IMG/VR virus record: IMGVR_UViG_3300036715_002570
Span: 86,678 to 150,677 of that record
DNA length: 64,000 nucleotides
Source of the DNA: a virus
Direction: 5' to 3' (one strand)
This document shows positions 29,197-39,236 of the stretch, piece after piece; positions within the stretch are counted from its first letter, which is position 1, and each line of letters opens with the position of its first letter. The notes beneath the pieces were generated by a model. The model was given only the letters and a program-made list of their open reading frames with translations. It made no database searches and was not told the origin of the DNA. The translations under genes and the position numbers were made by a program.

Positions 29197-29252
29197 TGCT
29201 TTCGCCGTCCATCCCCCGTAGCTGCGGTTCGAATCAGTATGTGTATCATAGC
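29197..29252 (+). repeat. 56-bp exact direct repeat, copy 2
   Basis: identical to 28706-28761. Confidence 0.92.
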
Positions 29253-29565
29253 TGTGAACGGTGTTGGGGTCAAGCGGAAACAGTAAAAACACCTCACGGT
29301 TTCGCCGGGGTGGTCGGAGTTTCTGCTTGCGCCTTGCTGCAGAAGGAGGCGGCCCTGTAGTGCTGGGACTTCAAAGTGAGGTGCGGTGTTGATCTTAGGC
29401 GGTCCGTTCAGTTTCGTCGTATGCCGGAGCTGAGTACTATGACGGGGTGCTTGCGGATCGAATCGCATTCTCTAGCTTTATATATGACGAGTCGCTGTAA
29501 GACTGCCTATTTACCTCTGTCTGTGGTTGTTAGATACTACGGTACCGACTAAGGAGAGCTGAGAA

Positions 29566-29784
29566 ATGCAAGTCTTGAAAATTACGACCGCACCTGCGAA
29601 CTGCCATACCGAGCAGATCGAGATGGCTGAATTCACCGCTCAAGCGTGCCTGTTGGATGCGTACGGGAACGAGGCAGACGCAGAGCGCAACTGGGACAAC
29701 ATCGTCCATCAGGTGTTCCCCAGCTTCGTCACGTTCAGCACGATCGTCAACGACGAACGCATCACGTACATCGACAAGTTCTGA
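29566..29784 (+). CDS. hypothetical protein
   Basis: promoter + AAGGAG RBS. Confidence 0.7.
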   Translation: MQVLKITTAPANCHTEQIEMAEFTAQACLLDAYGNEADAERNWDNIVHQVFPSFVTFSTIVNDERITYIDKF

Positions 29785-29786
29785 TC

Positions 29787-30192
29787 ATGGCTCTGATTCT
29801 GCACTCTTTTCCCGGCGATGTCAAGCTGGATGACGCCCTGGCCGCGCTGATGATCAAGAAGGCGGAGGAGTACCACTGCTGCCAGAAGCCGGTGACGCTC
29901 GTGCTCGACTACATCCACCAGAAGGAAGACGGCACTCCGCTGTTTCCTGGTGACCGTAAGAAGTGGCACCTGCGGCGACCCGCAGATCGAGCGCGGTGGC
30001 GACGTCAACCGACTGATGGTCGAGAGCTGCCGCTCGATGATGGAGGGCTTGTACGAGGGCTGGATCATCGGCTGGCTGCCGAACCGTGATGCAGCAAAAG
30101 CAAAAGCGAAGGCAGACAAGCTTGCGGAGCGGCGCCGTCAGCGGGGTCACGCTGCAATGATCACCGGCTGGTCGCTCAATCAATTCGATTGA
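29787..30192 (+). pseudogene. hypothetical gene split by a frameshift near 29970
   Basis: coding-like text moves from the MALILHSF frame to the TCGDPQIE frame. Confidence 0.55.
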
Positions 30193-30256
30193 GCTCGTTG
30201 TCTTTTACCCCAATATCAACGATAGTAGGGGGGCATCCGTTCAAGGAGAAACCGTC

Positions 30257-30763
30257 ATGCAAGGATTCCAACGAGTCACTGACTTTAGCAAGCCGCACTA
30301 CCTGACGACAAAGGACCGCGTTGTTCGCGAGTACGAAGGCAAGCCGACGGCGTTCCGCGTGCTGTTCATCCGCAAGGGGCGGGACGGCAAGGGCGAAGCG
30401 CTGCTTGGCAGGACCGTTCCCGGTCAGGCGACGAAGATCATCAAGGTGACGGTGCCGGACGTGATCGATGCGGAAGTCGCCAAGCACGTTGAGGTCTGGC
30501 GTCCGACCGGTGAATATGTGCCGCGTGTCGGTGCGACCGAATATGCGGGCGACGTCGAGCCCGCACGCAAGCGGACGAAGCCAGCGGCGGGCGAGAGCAA
30601 GATCGCCAAGTGCAAGGCGTTCTACGCCTTGAACAAGACGCTGTCGCGTGATGCGATGCAGACCGCGTTCGTCGAGCAGTTCGGCTGCACCAAGCAGGGC
30701 GCCGTGACGTACTTCCTCACCTGCCAGCGGGAGCTTGGCGAGCTGGAGAAAGCCCCCAGTTGA
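30257..30763 (+). CDS. protein with C-terminal shared helical domain
   Basis: SKIAKCKAFY..SRDAM...FGCTKQGAVTYF. Confidence 0.8.
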   Translation: MQGFQRVTDFSKPHYLTTKDRVVREYEGKPTAFRVLFIRKGRDGKGEALLGRTVPGQATKIIKVTVPDVIDAEVAKHVEVWRPTGEYVPRVGATEYAGDVEPARKRTKPAAGESKIAKCKAFYALNKTLSRDAMQTAFVEQFGCTKQGAVTYFLTCQRELGELEKAPS

Positions 30764-30816
30764 GGATCGCGGTGATCCAGCGGGATAGTTGGACACCAAC
30801 CACGAGGAGCGTTCAC

Positions 30817-31131
30817 ATGAACATCAACAAGAGCTACACCCGCAGCGTGATGATCGGCCTGCTGCCGAAAGACGCGAACGTTGACGATCTCGACGCGGAA
30901 GACGGGCTGCATCTGCAAGCGGATGCGCATCAGCGACTGCTGACGGGGCTGAACCACATGGGGTTCGCACCGCTGTCGCCGTTGCACTTCACTGGTGAGA
31001 TGAAGCCCGAAGTCGAAGCCGGTCGTTACGGCGACATCGTGCTGCATGCAGCGGGCGTGTTCGGCCTGCGGTTCAGCGTCGATCCGGACGACGAGCACAC
31101 GTACGTGTGGATCTTCTACGACGAGCGTTGA
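30817..31131 (+). CDS. hypothetical protein
   Basis: promoter + GAGGAG. Confidence 0.7.
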   Translation: MNINKSYTRSVMIGLLPKDANVDDLDAEDGLHLQADAHQRLLTGLNHMGFAPLSPLHFTGEMKPEVEAGRYGDIVLHAAGVFGLRFSVDPDDEHTYVWIFYDER

Positions 31132-31188
31132 CCCTAACTACGTTCGCGTGGATACTGGACTCACCATCAACCAACGAGGAGCCTCATA

Positions 31189-31536
31189 GTGGCCAAGACC
31201 AACCTGTACACCGTCGACGTTTCGAAGTACAAAATCGATATCACCAAAATCGAGAAAATCGAAGATGCAGGTGATGACTTCGTCACGCGCGAAGAGCTGA
31301 TGGAGCTGCTCGGCGGAGACTCGGAGCGCTTCTATTATGGCTACCCCAAGCGGGCGTGGCGGTATTCGGTGATCTCCAGTGAGGTCGCTGCATGGAAGAG
31401 CAAGATCAAGGACGGCAGCAAGTCGATCATCATCACTGATGATGATGATCGACGCGCTGCAACAAAGCTACTATTCGGTGTCGGACTACGTCCCCGGAAC
31501 TCAACGCCGTGGCAACAGGCTGTTCATCCATGCTGA
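31189..31536 (+). CDS. hypothetical protein (3' end uncertain at a (GAT)n run)
   Basis: promoter + GAGGAG, GTG start. Confidence 0.6.
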   Translation: MAKTNLYTVDVSKYKIDITKIEKIEDAGDDFVTREELMELLGGDSERFYYGYPKRAWRYSVISSEVAAWKSKIKDGSKSIIITDDDDRRAATKLLFGVGLRPRNSTPWQQAVHPC

Positions 31537-31843
31537 TCCTGCAGTTCGCACCGTCGCGACCAAGAAGGACTACGGCCACCTGATCAACCGAATCCAGATG
31601 CAACTTAACAAACCGCTGAAGGGTTCGGCCTGTGTGATCGACATCAAGCACGTTTACGACGATTATGCGGGTGTTTTGCAGCTTCTGCAACGACTGATCA
31701 AGTGGGAGGAGATCGAGTGGACGTTCAACCACTACGGAACGACCATCACGACTGCTCCTGAAGAAGTCGACAGGATGAAGCAGATCTGGGACAACCCCAC
31801 GATGTTCGACAAGCAGCCGACCAACAAAGGCAGCCAATCGTGA
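31439..31843 (+). CDS. hypothetical protein
   Basis: probable start within the atgatgatg run. Confidence 0.5.
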   Translation: MMMIDALQQSYYSVSDYVPGTQRRGNRLFIHADPAVRTVATKKDYGHLINRIQMQLNKPLKGSACVIDIKHVYDDYAGVLQLLQRLIKWEEIEWTFNHYGTTITTAPEEVDRMKQIWDNPTMFDKQPTNKGSQS

Positions 31844-31933
31844 GCCTGCCCCTGTTGTCTGTTCACCTTTTCGTTAGATACTGGCTTTGCCAGTTAGGCA
31901 CCCATCCACAACCTTCACACGAGGACACATCAA

Positions 31934-32527
31934 ATGAACACGAACCAAAACGGCATGGCCGTCGCCCTGAAGTCGATCGAATCGAACGTCAACGTCGGCA
32001 TGGACGAAGTCGTCTCGGTGTTCGTCTCGAAGTACGAGACCAACCTGTTCGACACGAAGGACCAACTGCAGTCGCAGATCAAGGCGGACAAGCGCGAAGC
32101 CGACGACCTCGAGAAGGGCCTGATCGCTTCGGTCAAGCGCAGCGACTACGAAGCGACGGTGCCCCATCTCGGCCTGACGTTCACCGTCGACGGTGTGACG
32201 GTCAACTGGAGCGATGACAGCTACCGCACGAGGGGTAAGTCGATCGTCATCGCCATCAAGATGGCCGATCGTGGCGACCGCGACAACCACTCCGCCTACA
32301 CGAAGTCGATGTTCGTGCCGATCAACCAGATCGATCTCGACGAGAAGGCGCGTCTGACCGCGCTGATCGCCGATCTCGAGGGCAAGCTGCTCGAGGTGAT
32401 GGGCAACATCAAGCAAGTCGGTCGCAAGGAACGGCAGATTCGCGGCAAGATCGCCGAGATGAAGCTGGGTCAGTGCGGCATGGCTGCCCTGCTGCAGAAC
32501 GAAGAGCTGCTCAAGCTCGTCGGCTGA
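31934..32527 (+). CDS. coiled-coil hypothetical protein
   Basis: promoter + GAGG, strong codon bias. Confidence 0.8.
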   Translation: MNTNQNGMAVALKSIESNVNVGMDEVVSVFVSKYETNLFDTKDQLQSQIKADKREADDLEKGLIASVKRSDYEATVPHLGLTFTVDGVTVNWSDDSYRTRGKSIVIAIKMADRGDRDNHSAYTKSMFVPINQIDLDEKARLTALIADLEGKLLEVMGNIKQVGRKERQIRGKIAEMKLGQCGMAALLQNEELLKLVG

Positions 32528-32627
32528 TCAACGGCGACGGTGTGGGGATAACTCCCCACACCAGCAGTGTTGTCAGTAACCGTGGTCTAAAGGATACTGA
32601 CTTCACTGTAACGAACTGGAGAGCGAA

Positions 32628-33254
32628 GTGCTCAACGTCAACGTAGCCCTGCGGCACCTGGACATCAACCCGAACAGCGTGATGCGTGCCGTGCAAGAGG
32701 TGCGGCTCCACATCGAAGAGCGTGGGACCGAGCCGTCTGAAGCGATCAGCTTCATGCAGCGGGTGTTCGGCACGGCGCCGTCGTACGCGGAAGTTCACGA
32801 GCAGAAGATGTGCTCGCCGTTCGTCTACGCGGTCACGGTCGCGCAAGCGATGACGGAAGCTGCGATCAAGCAGCATGGGCAGATCGATAACGATACACTG
32901 CCGCTGCTGCTCGCGAACGCGAAAAAGCGGGCGGAAGGCGTGATCATGAAGCCGGAGAACCGCTGCATGTACGCTGAAGCGGAATCGGTCACGGGTGGAA
33001 ACACTACGTCGGCCGCTGTTGCCAAGAGCGTCGACACCGTCGTCGAGGTCAAGGCGTCGGGCGAAATCAAGAAGGGCGGAAAGCAGATTCTGGCTGAGGC
33101 CCTGTACCGCAAGCACGTTCTCGACACACCGTCGCCGTTGACAAACCAAGAATTCATCAAAGTGCTGATCGCAGAAGCACAAATGACGAAGGGTGGAGCA
33201 ACGACGTATGCGTTCAATCTGAAGAAGAAGCTGGGCGCTCCGAAGACGGAGTGA
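32628..33254 (+). CDS. protein with C-terminal shared helical domain
   Basis: GKQILAEALY...QMTKGGATTYAFNLKKKL. Confidence 0.8.
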   Translation: MLNVNVALRHLDINPNSVMRAVQEVRLHIEERGTEPSEAISFMQRVFGTAPSYAEVHEQKMCSPFVYAVTVAQAMTEAAIKQHGQIDNDTLPLLLANAKKRAEGVIMKPENRCMYAEAESVTGGNTTSAAVAKSVDTVVEVKASGEIKKGGKQILAEALYRKHVLDTPSPLTNQEFIKVLIAEAQMTKGGATTYAFNLKKKLGAPKTE

Positions 33255-33312
33255 CTTGTTGAACTTGGTCGGAAGGTGTTGTATCATCTTCCCACCGCAA
33301 CCAAGGACCAGT

Positions 33313-33570
33313 ATGCTGCCGATTCCGCGAATCCAAGCGATGATCACAATCGTTGAGACGAACCAGATCATGAAGGTGGTGTTCACCAACGTGGGCAACA
33401 TGATGGACGAGCTGCTGATTGCGATCGAGCTCGCATCGATCGCTCTCGGACGCTGGATCGACCCGACCCCGTTCAATGTGCTGCGTGGTGAAGACATCTT
33501 CATCTGGTTCCTGTACGAGGGCACCAACGAGAAGTACATGACGGTCCTGGGGCATAAGCTCAGCGACTGA
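33313..33570 (+). CDS. hypothetical protein
   Basis: hairpin promoter + AAGGA. Confidence 0.7.
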   Translation: MLPIPRIQAMITIVETNQIMKVVFTNVGNMMDELLIAIELASIALGRWIDPTPFNVLRGEDIFIWFLYEGTNEKYMTVLGHKLSD

Positions 33571-33638
33571 CTAGTTGACCCCAACAGGAGATCGTGGTAT
33601 GATCTCCTCTCCACAACCACTCCCCAAGGAGGAGCACC

Positions 33639-34208
33639 ATGAAGTACACTATCCAGATCGGCGACACCCGCCTGGTCCAAGACGACAACGGCGACGTGTT
33701 TGAGTTCACCGCGACGCGCCAACTGTCGAGGGAAGAAGCCCAGGCGAAGATCGCCGAACGCGAGCAGGAGTTCCGTGACGAGATCGCTAGCCTGCTCAGC
33801 GGGCTCAGCGAGGTCGGCGGGCAGAGCATGGTTGTGCTCGACACTGCTGCATCCGCCATGGACGGCAGCAACGGCCACCCGCAATGCGCTGTCTGCGGCA
33901 CACACCACGAGGGCGCTTTCGCCAGCCTGGACGCCGAGATCGTCACAACGTACCCGGTGACCGAGAGCGTCTGGTTCAACTACCCGAACACCGACGCGCT
34001 TGAGGACGACGTCACGCCGAAGCTGTACTTGACGGAGCGCACCACCGGCCGCGCGATCATCGAAGAAGAGCCTGAGCTGCTGGACTGCTCCGCTGAGCAC
34101 GAGCACGGCGCGCTGATCCGCAAGTTTGTGTTCGAGGACGCCACGCCGGCTGAGAAGCCGGTGATGACGATCACGATCCAACCGGTGCCGTACCCGACCG
34201 TCCACTGA
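33639..34208 (+). CDS. acidic hypothetical protein with CxxC
   Basis: hairpin promoter + GGAGG. Confidence 0.75.
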   Translation: MKYTIQIGDTRLVQDDNGDVFEFTATRQLSREEAQAKIAEREQEFRDEIASLLSGLSEVGGQSMVVLDTAASAMDGSNGHPQCAVCGTHHEGAFASLDAEIVTTYPVTESVWFNYPNTDALEDDVTPKLYLTERTTGRAIIEEEPELLDCSAEHEHGALIRKFVFEDATPAEKPVMTITIQPVPYPTVH

Positions 34209-34221
34209 CCACCGTCTCCTC

Positions 34222-34267
34222 GTTCAGAAGGGCTCTGCTAGCAACGGTAGGGCCCTTCCGCTTTTTG
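34222..34267 (+). terminator. intrinsic terminator
   Basis: gaagggctctgc...gtagggcccttc + T-run. Confidence 0.7.
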
Positions 34268-34366
34268 GTCACGAACGGGTAGTTTCACCCTGTTGATCAT
34301 TACCCTCGACGGTATTAGGATAGACCCTGTCGATTGATCAACAACGTCACCTACAGGAGATCAGAC

Positions 34367-34504
34367 GTGAACAAGTCGCACCGTGCCAAGCATGCCCCGC
34401 AGCGCAAGAACGACGGCGGTGATTCGCGGATGAACCGCCTGGCGAAGGCGGCCCGCAAGGGAACGCTGGCCCGCGTCCGTGAGCGCGAGGCGCAGGAGGG
34501 CTGA
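34367..34504 (+). CDS. 45-aa basic protein, not in ORF track
   Basis: promoter, AGGAG, GTG; MNKSHRAKHAPQRK. Confidence 0.65.
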   Translation: MNKSHRAKHAPQRKNDGGDSRMNRLAKAARKGTLARVREREAQEG

Positions 34505-34778
34505 TCACGTCACCCTGTTGATCCTAGCTCGCAATTGGGTTAGGATCAACTCAACACCTGGAGATCTGAATGGGATTACCGCTATAGGGCTTTGATGTGA
34601 CATGCGCCCGCCCCGAAGTCACCCTCGGCTAGAGTTATCTGTGCTGCGGCAGCGCTCAGCAAGTGTGCTGAGACCGCCCGCGATCAGAGAATACGCATGT
34701 TAGAGGATTCCGGCGCCGGCCCGGGCCGGCGCCCCCAGCGCATTCATATCAACAATCCCACCTGGAGGATCCCAGAGC

Positions 34779-34970
34779 ATGAGCAAGAACAGCAAGAACG
34801 CCAAGCGCCACATCACTGAGAAGCAGGCGTCGACCCAGCGCCTCGCTGGCAACAAGGGCCCGTCGAAGACGGCGCCAAAGCACGGCAAGAAGAACGCGTG
34901 GTGGCAGAAGTACCTGTCGTACGCCAGCTACATCAAGGGCGGCAAGAAGGCGGCCAATCAAGACCAGTAG
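34779..34970 (+). CDS. 63-aa Lys-rich protein
   Basis: GGAGG RBS. Confidence 0.7.
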   Translation: MSKNSKNAKRHITEKQASTQRLAGNKGPSKTAPKHGKKNAWWQKYLSYASYIKGGKKAANQDQ

Positions 34971-35059
34971 GCCGCCGCGGCTGAAGCACGAAAAGGACCC
35001 ATGTGGTTCTTTCGTTGTTTTTGGGGTACAATTGTTACATCTTTCAACGAGGAGCAACC

Positions 35060-35410
35060 ATGCCCACGAACAAGCTGTTTACGAACATTGACCGGAAGGT
35101 GTCCCGCGGCCGCCAGGACGTGACGCTGTTGCAGTTCGCAACGGTCGGTGCCCACAAGGTCAGAATCGAGGTCAAGTCGGACTCTTACAAATTCCAATGC
35201 TATGCCCACTTATCGGTTCTCGATAAGGAAAAGATGGCATGGAACCCCGTGGTGCATATCCCCCATGGTCAGATGCACACCCCTGAGGGCGTGTGCTATC
35301 AACCGGATGCCCGTGAGGTCACTGCCCACAATCAATCTACGCTTGCAGCCAAGTATTTTGGCGCCGACGTCAACGAGCTGATCCGTATCTATAAAGCGTT
35401 GATCGACTGA
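35060..35410 (+). CDS. hypothetical protein
   Basis: GAGGAG RBS. Confidence 0.7.
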   Translation: MPTNKLFTNIDRKVSRGRQDVTLLQFATVGAHKVRIEVKSDSYKFQCYAHLSVLDKEKMAWNPVVHIPHGQMHTPEGVCYQPDAREVTAHNQSTLAAKYFGADVNELIRIYKALID

Positions 35411-35557
35411 GTGGGTGTTTTCACCTCGTGGTGAAAAAAGCATCATCGCCCAGTTGATTCGACCTGCGGTTTCCCTTATAGTTACTTCACTGGATCGAAC
35501 AACGCAAGCAAGCGACTACGACCAGCCCTCATCCACCCTCTCCACAGGAGCTGCACC

Positions 35558-36193
35558 ATGTCCAAGAACCTCGCCCCCGCGCAACACGCCGTCGCCCTCG
35601 CCATCCTCGCCGCCGTCGGCCGCGAAGTCCTCGCCACCGAGGAAGGCAACACCCACACGCTCAAGATCACCGGCATCTCGCCCGACCAAGTCGGCTCGAT
35701 GAAGGACAAGAGCAAGGCTCCGTACGCCGTGCTGACCCGCGACGGCGAGGACGGCGGCGAGGCGATCGTCGTCGCCCTGCACCCGAAGAACGCCTCGGCC
35801 CTGCTCGAGAAGGGCGAGGACGGTATCTACAAGCTGGTCGCCGCTGAGGGCACGACCGAGGCCGTCTCGACCTCGGCCGCCGCCGAGCCGACGACCACGG
35901 AAGCGTCCGCCGAAGGCACGGCCGAGGGCAACGCCGAAGCGACCGTCGAGGCCAAGGACAACGTGCCGACCAAGAAGGAAATGGCGATCGACGCCTACAT
36001 CACGTTGGCCAACGACGGCAAGACCCGCGCCGAGATCATCAAGCACTTCGTTGACGTGATCGGCCTGTCCAAGGCGGGCGCCGCCACGTACTACCAGAAC
36101 TGCCACTCGAACAAGGCGGGCTGGACCGAAGCGCTCGAGACCTCCAGCGACGCCGCGGGCACTGAGAACGATGCCGAAGCGGACGCGTCCTGA
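35558..36193 (+). CDS. acidic protein with shared helical domain
   Basis: TKKEMAIDAY..TRAEIIKHF...GLSKAGAATYYQ. Confidence 0.85.
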   Translation: MSKNLAPAQHAVALAILAAVGREVLATEEGNTHTLKITGISPDQVGSMKDKSKAPYAVLTRDGEDGGEAIVVALHPKNASALLEKGEDGIYKLVAAEGTTEAVSTSAAAEPTTTEASAEGTAEGNAEATVEAKDNVPTKKEMAIDAYITLANDGKTRAEIIKHFVDVIGLSKAGAATYYQNCHSNKAGWTEALETSSDAAGTENDAEADAS

Positions 36194-36233
36194 TCGGGCA
36201 ATGGGGAGCTACGAGCTCCCCCACTCCACCCAG

Positions 36234-36273
36234 AGGGTGGGTAGTCGTGAGGCTACCCACCCTTTCTCCTTTT
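36234..36273 (+). terminator. intrinsic terminator
   Basis: gggtgggtagtc-gtga-ggctacccaccc + T-rich tail. Confidence 0.8.
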
Positions 36274-36580
36274 CATGTGGGCAGATGGCGGAAAGAGCTT
36301 ATCTGCAACGACGTTATTACTGAGGATTTCCCATGGACGACCCAGCTGGTCAATGTCTCCTAGACCTCTAGCAGATAAGCGACCATTGAATCAGGAGACT
36401 ATCGACAGATTACCCTACTGTATAGTCCGTTGACATTAGCTGCTTATTCTGGTTGACCGGTTGATCTCAACCCAGTTTACCCTGATAGTAGACCCCAATG
36501 CGAACGGAATTCCAGCCGGCGCAGAAACTTCAACCACAGGGCAGTTTCGCCCAGCTTTCCTTTTACAGGAGCCTTTCATC

Positions 36581-37036
36581 ATGTCGACCACCCAAGCCGT
36601 CAACCTGTCCCCCAACGCGATCAAGATCCTCGGCTACGTCAGCAAGGGCCTGAACACCCGCGAAGCGATCGCCAAGCGCATGAAGACCAGCGTGCCCGTC
36701 GTCAACGGCAGCCTGACCGTCCTGAAGCGCCAGGAGATGGTCACCGTCGACGAAGAAGGCGTGATCACCGCCGTCGAGGGCGCCGCCGTCGTCGCCGAGT
36801 CCGCCCACACGCCGCGCTCGCAGAGCAAGATGGCGCAGGCCCGCAAGCTGTACGCGAAGTACCAGCACAAGGGCCGTCAGGTCGTGCTCGACAAGCTGAT
36901 CGGCATCGGCCTGACCCCGAAGGGCGCGTCGACGTACTACCAGACGCTGAAGACGCGCGCCGACGCCGAGGCTGCCGCGCCCGCCGCTCCGGTCGCCCGC
37001 AGCCGCAAGTCGCAGGCCGCTGCCACCCACGCCTGA
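36581..37036 (+). CDS. winged-HTH protein with shared helical domain
   Basis: N-terminal TREAIAKRMKTSVPVVNGSLTVL; C-terminal SKMAQARKLY..GLTPKGASTYYQ. Confidence 0.8.
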   Translation: MSTTQAVNLSPNAIKILGYVSKGLNTREAIAKRMKTSVPVVNGSLTVLKRQEMVTVDEEGVITAVEGAAVVAESAHTPRSQSKMAQARKLYAKYQHKGRQVVLDKLIGIGLTPKGASTYYQTLKTRADAEAAAPAAPVARSRKSQAAATHA

Positions 37037-37075
37037 TCGGGGCGATCTGGGTGCCGCTCTGAGGGCGGCCTCCAC

Positions 37076-37091
37076 TGTTCACTAGTAAACA
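37076..37091. promoter_or_regulatory. near-palindromic operator-like site TGTTCACTAGTAAACA
   Basis: core ACTAGTAAACA also at 5487, 10278, 27551 (rev), 27828, 41053, 41087. Confidence 0.6.
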
Positions 37092-37186
37092 TCTGGTGTA
37101 ATAGTGGTGGCCGCCCTCTCCGTTTGCACTGTTGACTAATTAGGGTGAAGGCAGTATCCTGCATCACCACTTCGAGGAGTCAACTG

Positions 37187-37504
37187 ATGCCCAAGAAATT
37201 GACCGATGCGGACCGCGTCCGTGCTGCGATGAAGGCGGCGGGGTTCAAGACGAAAACCCGCGTCGGCGACGTTGCTCTGAAGCGCAACGTCAATGTGTCC
37301 GACCGCTCGTGCAACCCGTACATCCAGCTGACGCTGCCGCTCGCCGCCGACATCAACAAGGCGCCGCTGGAGCAGCAACATAAGCTCCATGACGAGCTGG
37401 TCAAGCAGTTCGGTGATCGGTACGCGTTCGGGATGTTCCGCCGTCCGCACCCGCGTCTGTCGACGTACCTGCAGTTCTACGTCACGCGGGAGAAGAAGCA
37501 ATGA
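37187..37504 (+). CDS. basic hypothetical protein
   Basis: hairpin promoter + GAGGAG. Confidence 0.7.
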   Translation: MPKKLTDADRVRAAMKAAGFKTKTRVGDVALKRNVNVSDRSCNPYIQLTLPLAADINKAPLEQQHKLHDELVKQFGDRYAFGMFRRPHPRLSTYLQFYVTREKKQ

Positions 37505-37867
37505 TGTACCAGCACCTGCCCGAGCGTGTGACGGAGACGGTTCAGCGCCACCCGCAACGTCCGCAGACTCCGACGCAATGGCCTCTCGGCCTGCCCGTCT
37601 CTCCTCCTTCGAACAGCAAGGACAAGCCTCGTTGGTGAGCGCGCTGCCCACTTGAGGTACGAAGGCTGGTGTGCAAATGTCACCCAGCCTTCTTAAAAAA
37701 GTCAACGGCGAAAAACAAACAGGCGCTCTCGCCGTCCACCCACAGGATGCCTGTTCGACCGCATACCCATTATCACCGCACACTAGAGAAAAGGCAAGCC
37801 CCTCCTTAACGGTTGCCAAGTTACCCGTGCGGAAGGATACTAAGGCATCGCAATTGAGGAGCCCGCA

Positions 37868-38389
37868 ATGGCCCGCACGCCCAAGCCGCAACCGCTCGTG
37901 ACCAAGGAAACGCTGCAGCAGATGATCCAGCTTGCAGCCAACCGCGCCGAGCAGAAGAAGATCGTTGGCCGCGCGCTCGTCGCGCTGTACCAACGTCAGA
38001 CGCCGTCGGAACAGTCGTCTGAAACGACGAAGGACAGCAACTCGATCGGGTTCTCCAGTGCCGATGCCGACGTCGGCTCCCGCTGCGCGAAGTACTTCCT
38101 GCAGCACCAGACGCTGCTCGACTGGATGTACGGCGTCTGGATGCAAGCCGGTAAGGGCGGCTATCCGCGTATCTGCCGGTACAGCCGCCAGCTGAACGAG
38201 ATCGCTGAAGAGAAGGCGGCTCGCAAGCGTACGCTGATGCAGCGCCGCCTGGAGGAGCTGAAGGTGACCTATGGTGAGTGCGTCGACAGCGACGATCCGT
38301 CGATCCTCCAGCCGATCGTTGACGAAATGCGCTCGCTCGAAGATCGACTGGGTGTTTCGCCCTACATCATCATTGGTGCTGTTGTCTAA
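37868..38389 (+). CDS. conserved phage protein (RAL.ALY.RQT..EQ...GF...DA type)
   Basis: motif recognition, promoter + RBS. Confidence 0.75.
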   Translation: MARTPKPQPLVTKETLQQMIQLAANRAEQKKIVGRALVALYQRQTPSEQSSETTKDSNSIGFSSADADVGSRCAKYFLQHQTLLDWMYGVWMQAGKGGYPRICRYSRQLNEIAEEKAARKRTLMQRRLEELKVTYGECVDSDDPSILQPIVDEMRSLEDRLGVSPYIIIGAVV

Positions 38390-38532
38390 ACTGAATAGGT
38401 CAGATACGCTCAATCCGTCAACTGAAAAATTCGCTCAATAAGAGTGGATCTGCTAAGCAGGGCACCCAGCCAGTAAGAGGAGGGTTGGGGCGGATCGGAA
38501 GGTTGGCGTATTCCAACCAACCAGGAGCGAGA

Positions 38533-38709
38533 ATGACCTGTGAAGCAGTCGAAGACACCGTCACCCCGACCGAGAACCTGAAGTCGCCCGTGTTCGCGGC
38601 GCTGATGGCCCAGATCATGATGCCGCAGCAATACGACACGATCATGCAACACGCGCTGGTGTCCGTCAACGCGAAGTGCCCCAGCCGCACTGTGACCATC
38701 GACAAGTGA
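38533..38709 (+). CDS. hypothetical protein
   Basis: AGGAG RBS. Confidence 0.6.
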   Translation: MTCEAVEDTVTPTENLKSPVFAALMAQIMMPQQYDTIMQHALVSVNAKCPSRTVTIDK

Positions 38710-38716
38710 GGAGATC

Positions 38717-38911
38717 ATGAGCACCAACTTCGACAACATCGTCCTGATGGGCCAGATCCAACGGATCGCGGAGGCCCACGGTGTCCAAGCAGCCGCTCAT
38801 GTCGCCGACGACGCTGGCGTCCCGTTCAAGCAGGCGCACGCGATCCTGCTGCCGTACTGCGCCCGTGGGCGCACGTCGGTCCCGGCCGTTAAGGTGCAGC
38901 TGCTGCACTAG
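38717..38911 (+). CDS. hypothetical protein
   Basis: GAGGAG RBS. Confidence 0.6.
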   Translation: MSTNFDNIVLMGQIQRIAEAHGVQAAAHVADDAGVPFKQAHAILLPYCARGRTSVPAVKVQLLH

Positions 38912-39005
38912 GCAGTTGCCAAGCCAGCAGCCTTTGTGGGATAGTTCCTACATCGGCTGCTGATTGAAGCGCAGCCGAGATGTTCTTCAATCAGCGGGAG
39001 CTTGC

Positions 39006-39236
39006 ATGGCAATCATCAAGGAAGACACTCCGACCACGCTCGGCGTTCAGTTCGTCGTCGAGCTGCAGGTGGCGAACCACATCGACGGCAACTACCTCGA
39101 CCACGAGATGATGGCCTCTGCGATCCACGGTGCGATCCGGTGGATGCTGGATCGCCGTGGATACGCCGGCTGCAAGACGACGGTCGACTCAGTGCAGTAC
39201 GAAACCGATTACCCAATTGACAAGGCGGCGGAATGA
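39006..39236 (+). CDS. hypothetical protein
   Basis: GGAG RBS. Confidence 0.65.
   Translation: MAIIKEDTPTTLGVQFVVELQVANHIDGNYLDHEMMASAIHGAIRWMLDRRGYAGCKTTVDSVQYETDYPIDKAAE

Noticed and set aside
34640-34710. TPP riboswitch (GCTGAGA)
   Set aside because: The conserved CCTGA..GG.TAAT.CC.GCG.AGGGA half is not present.
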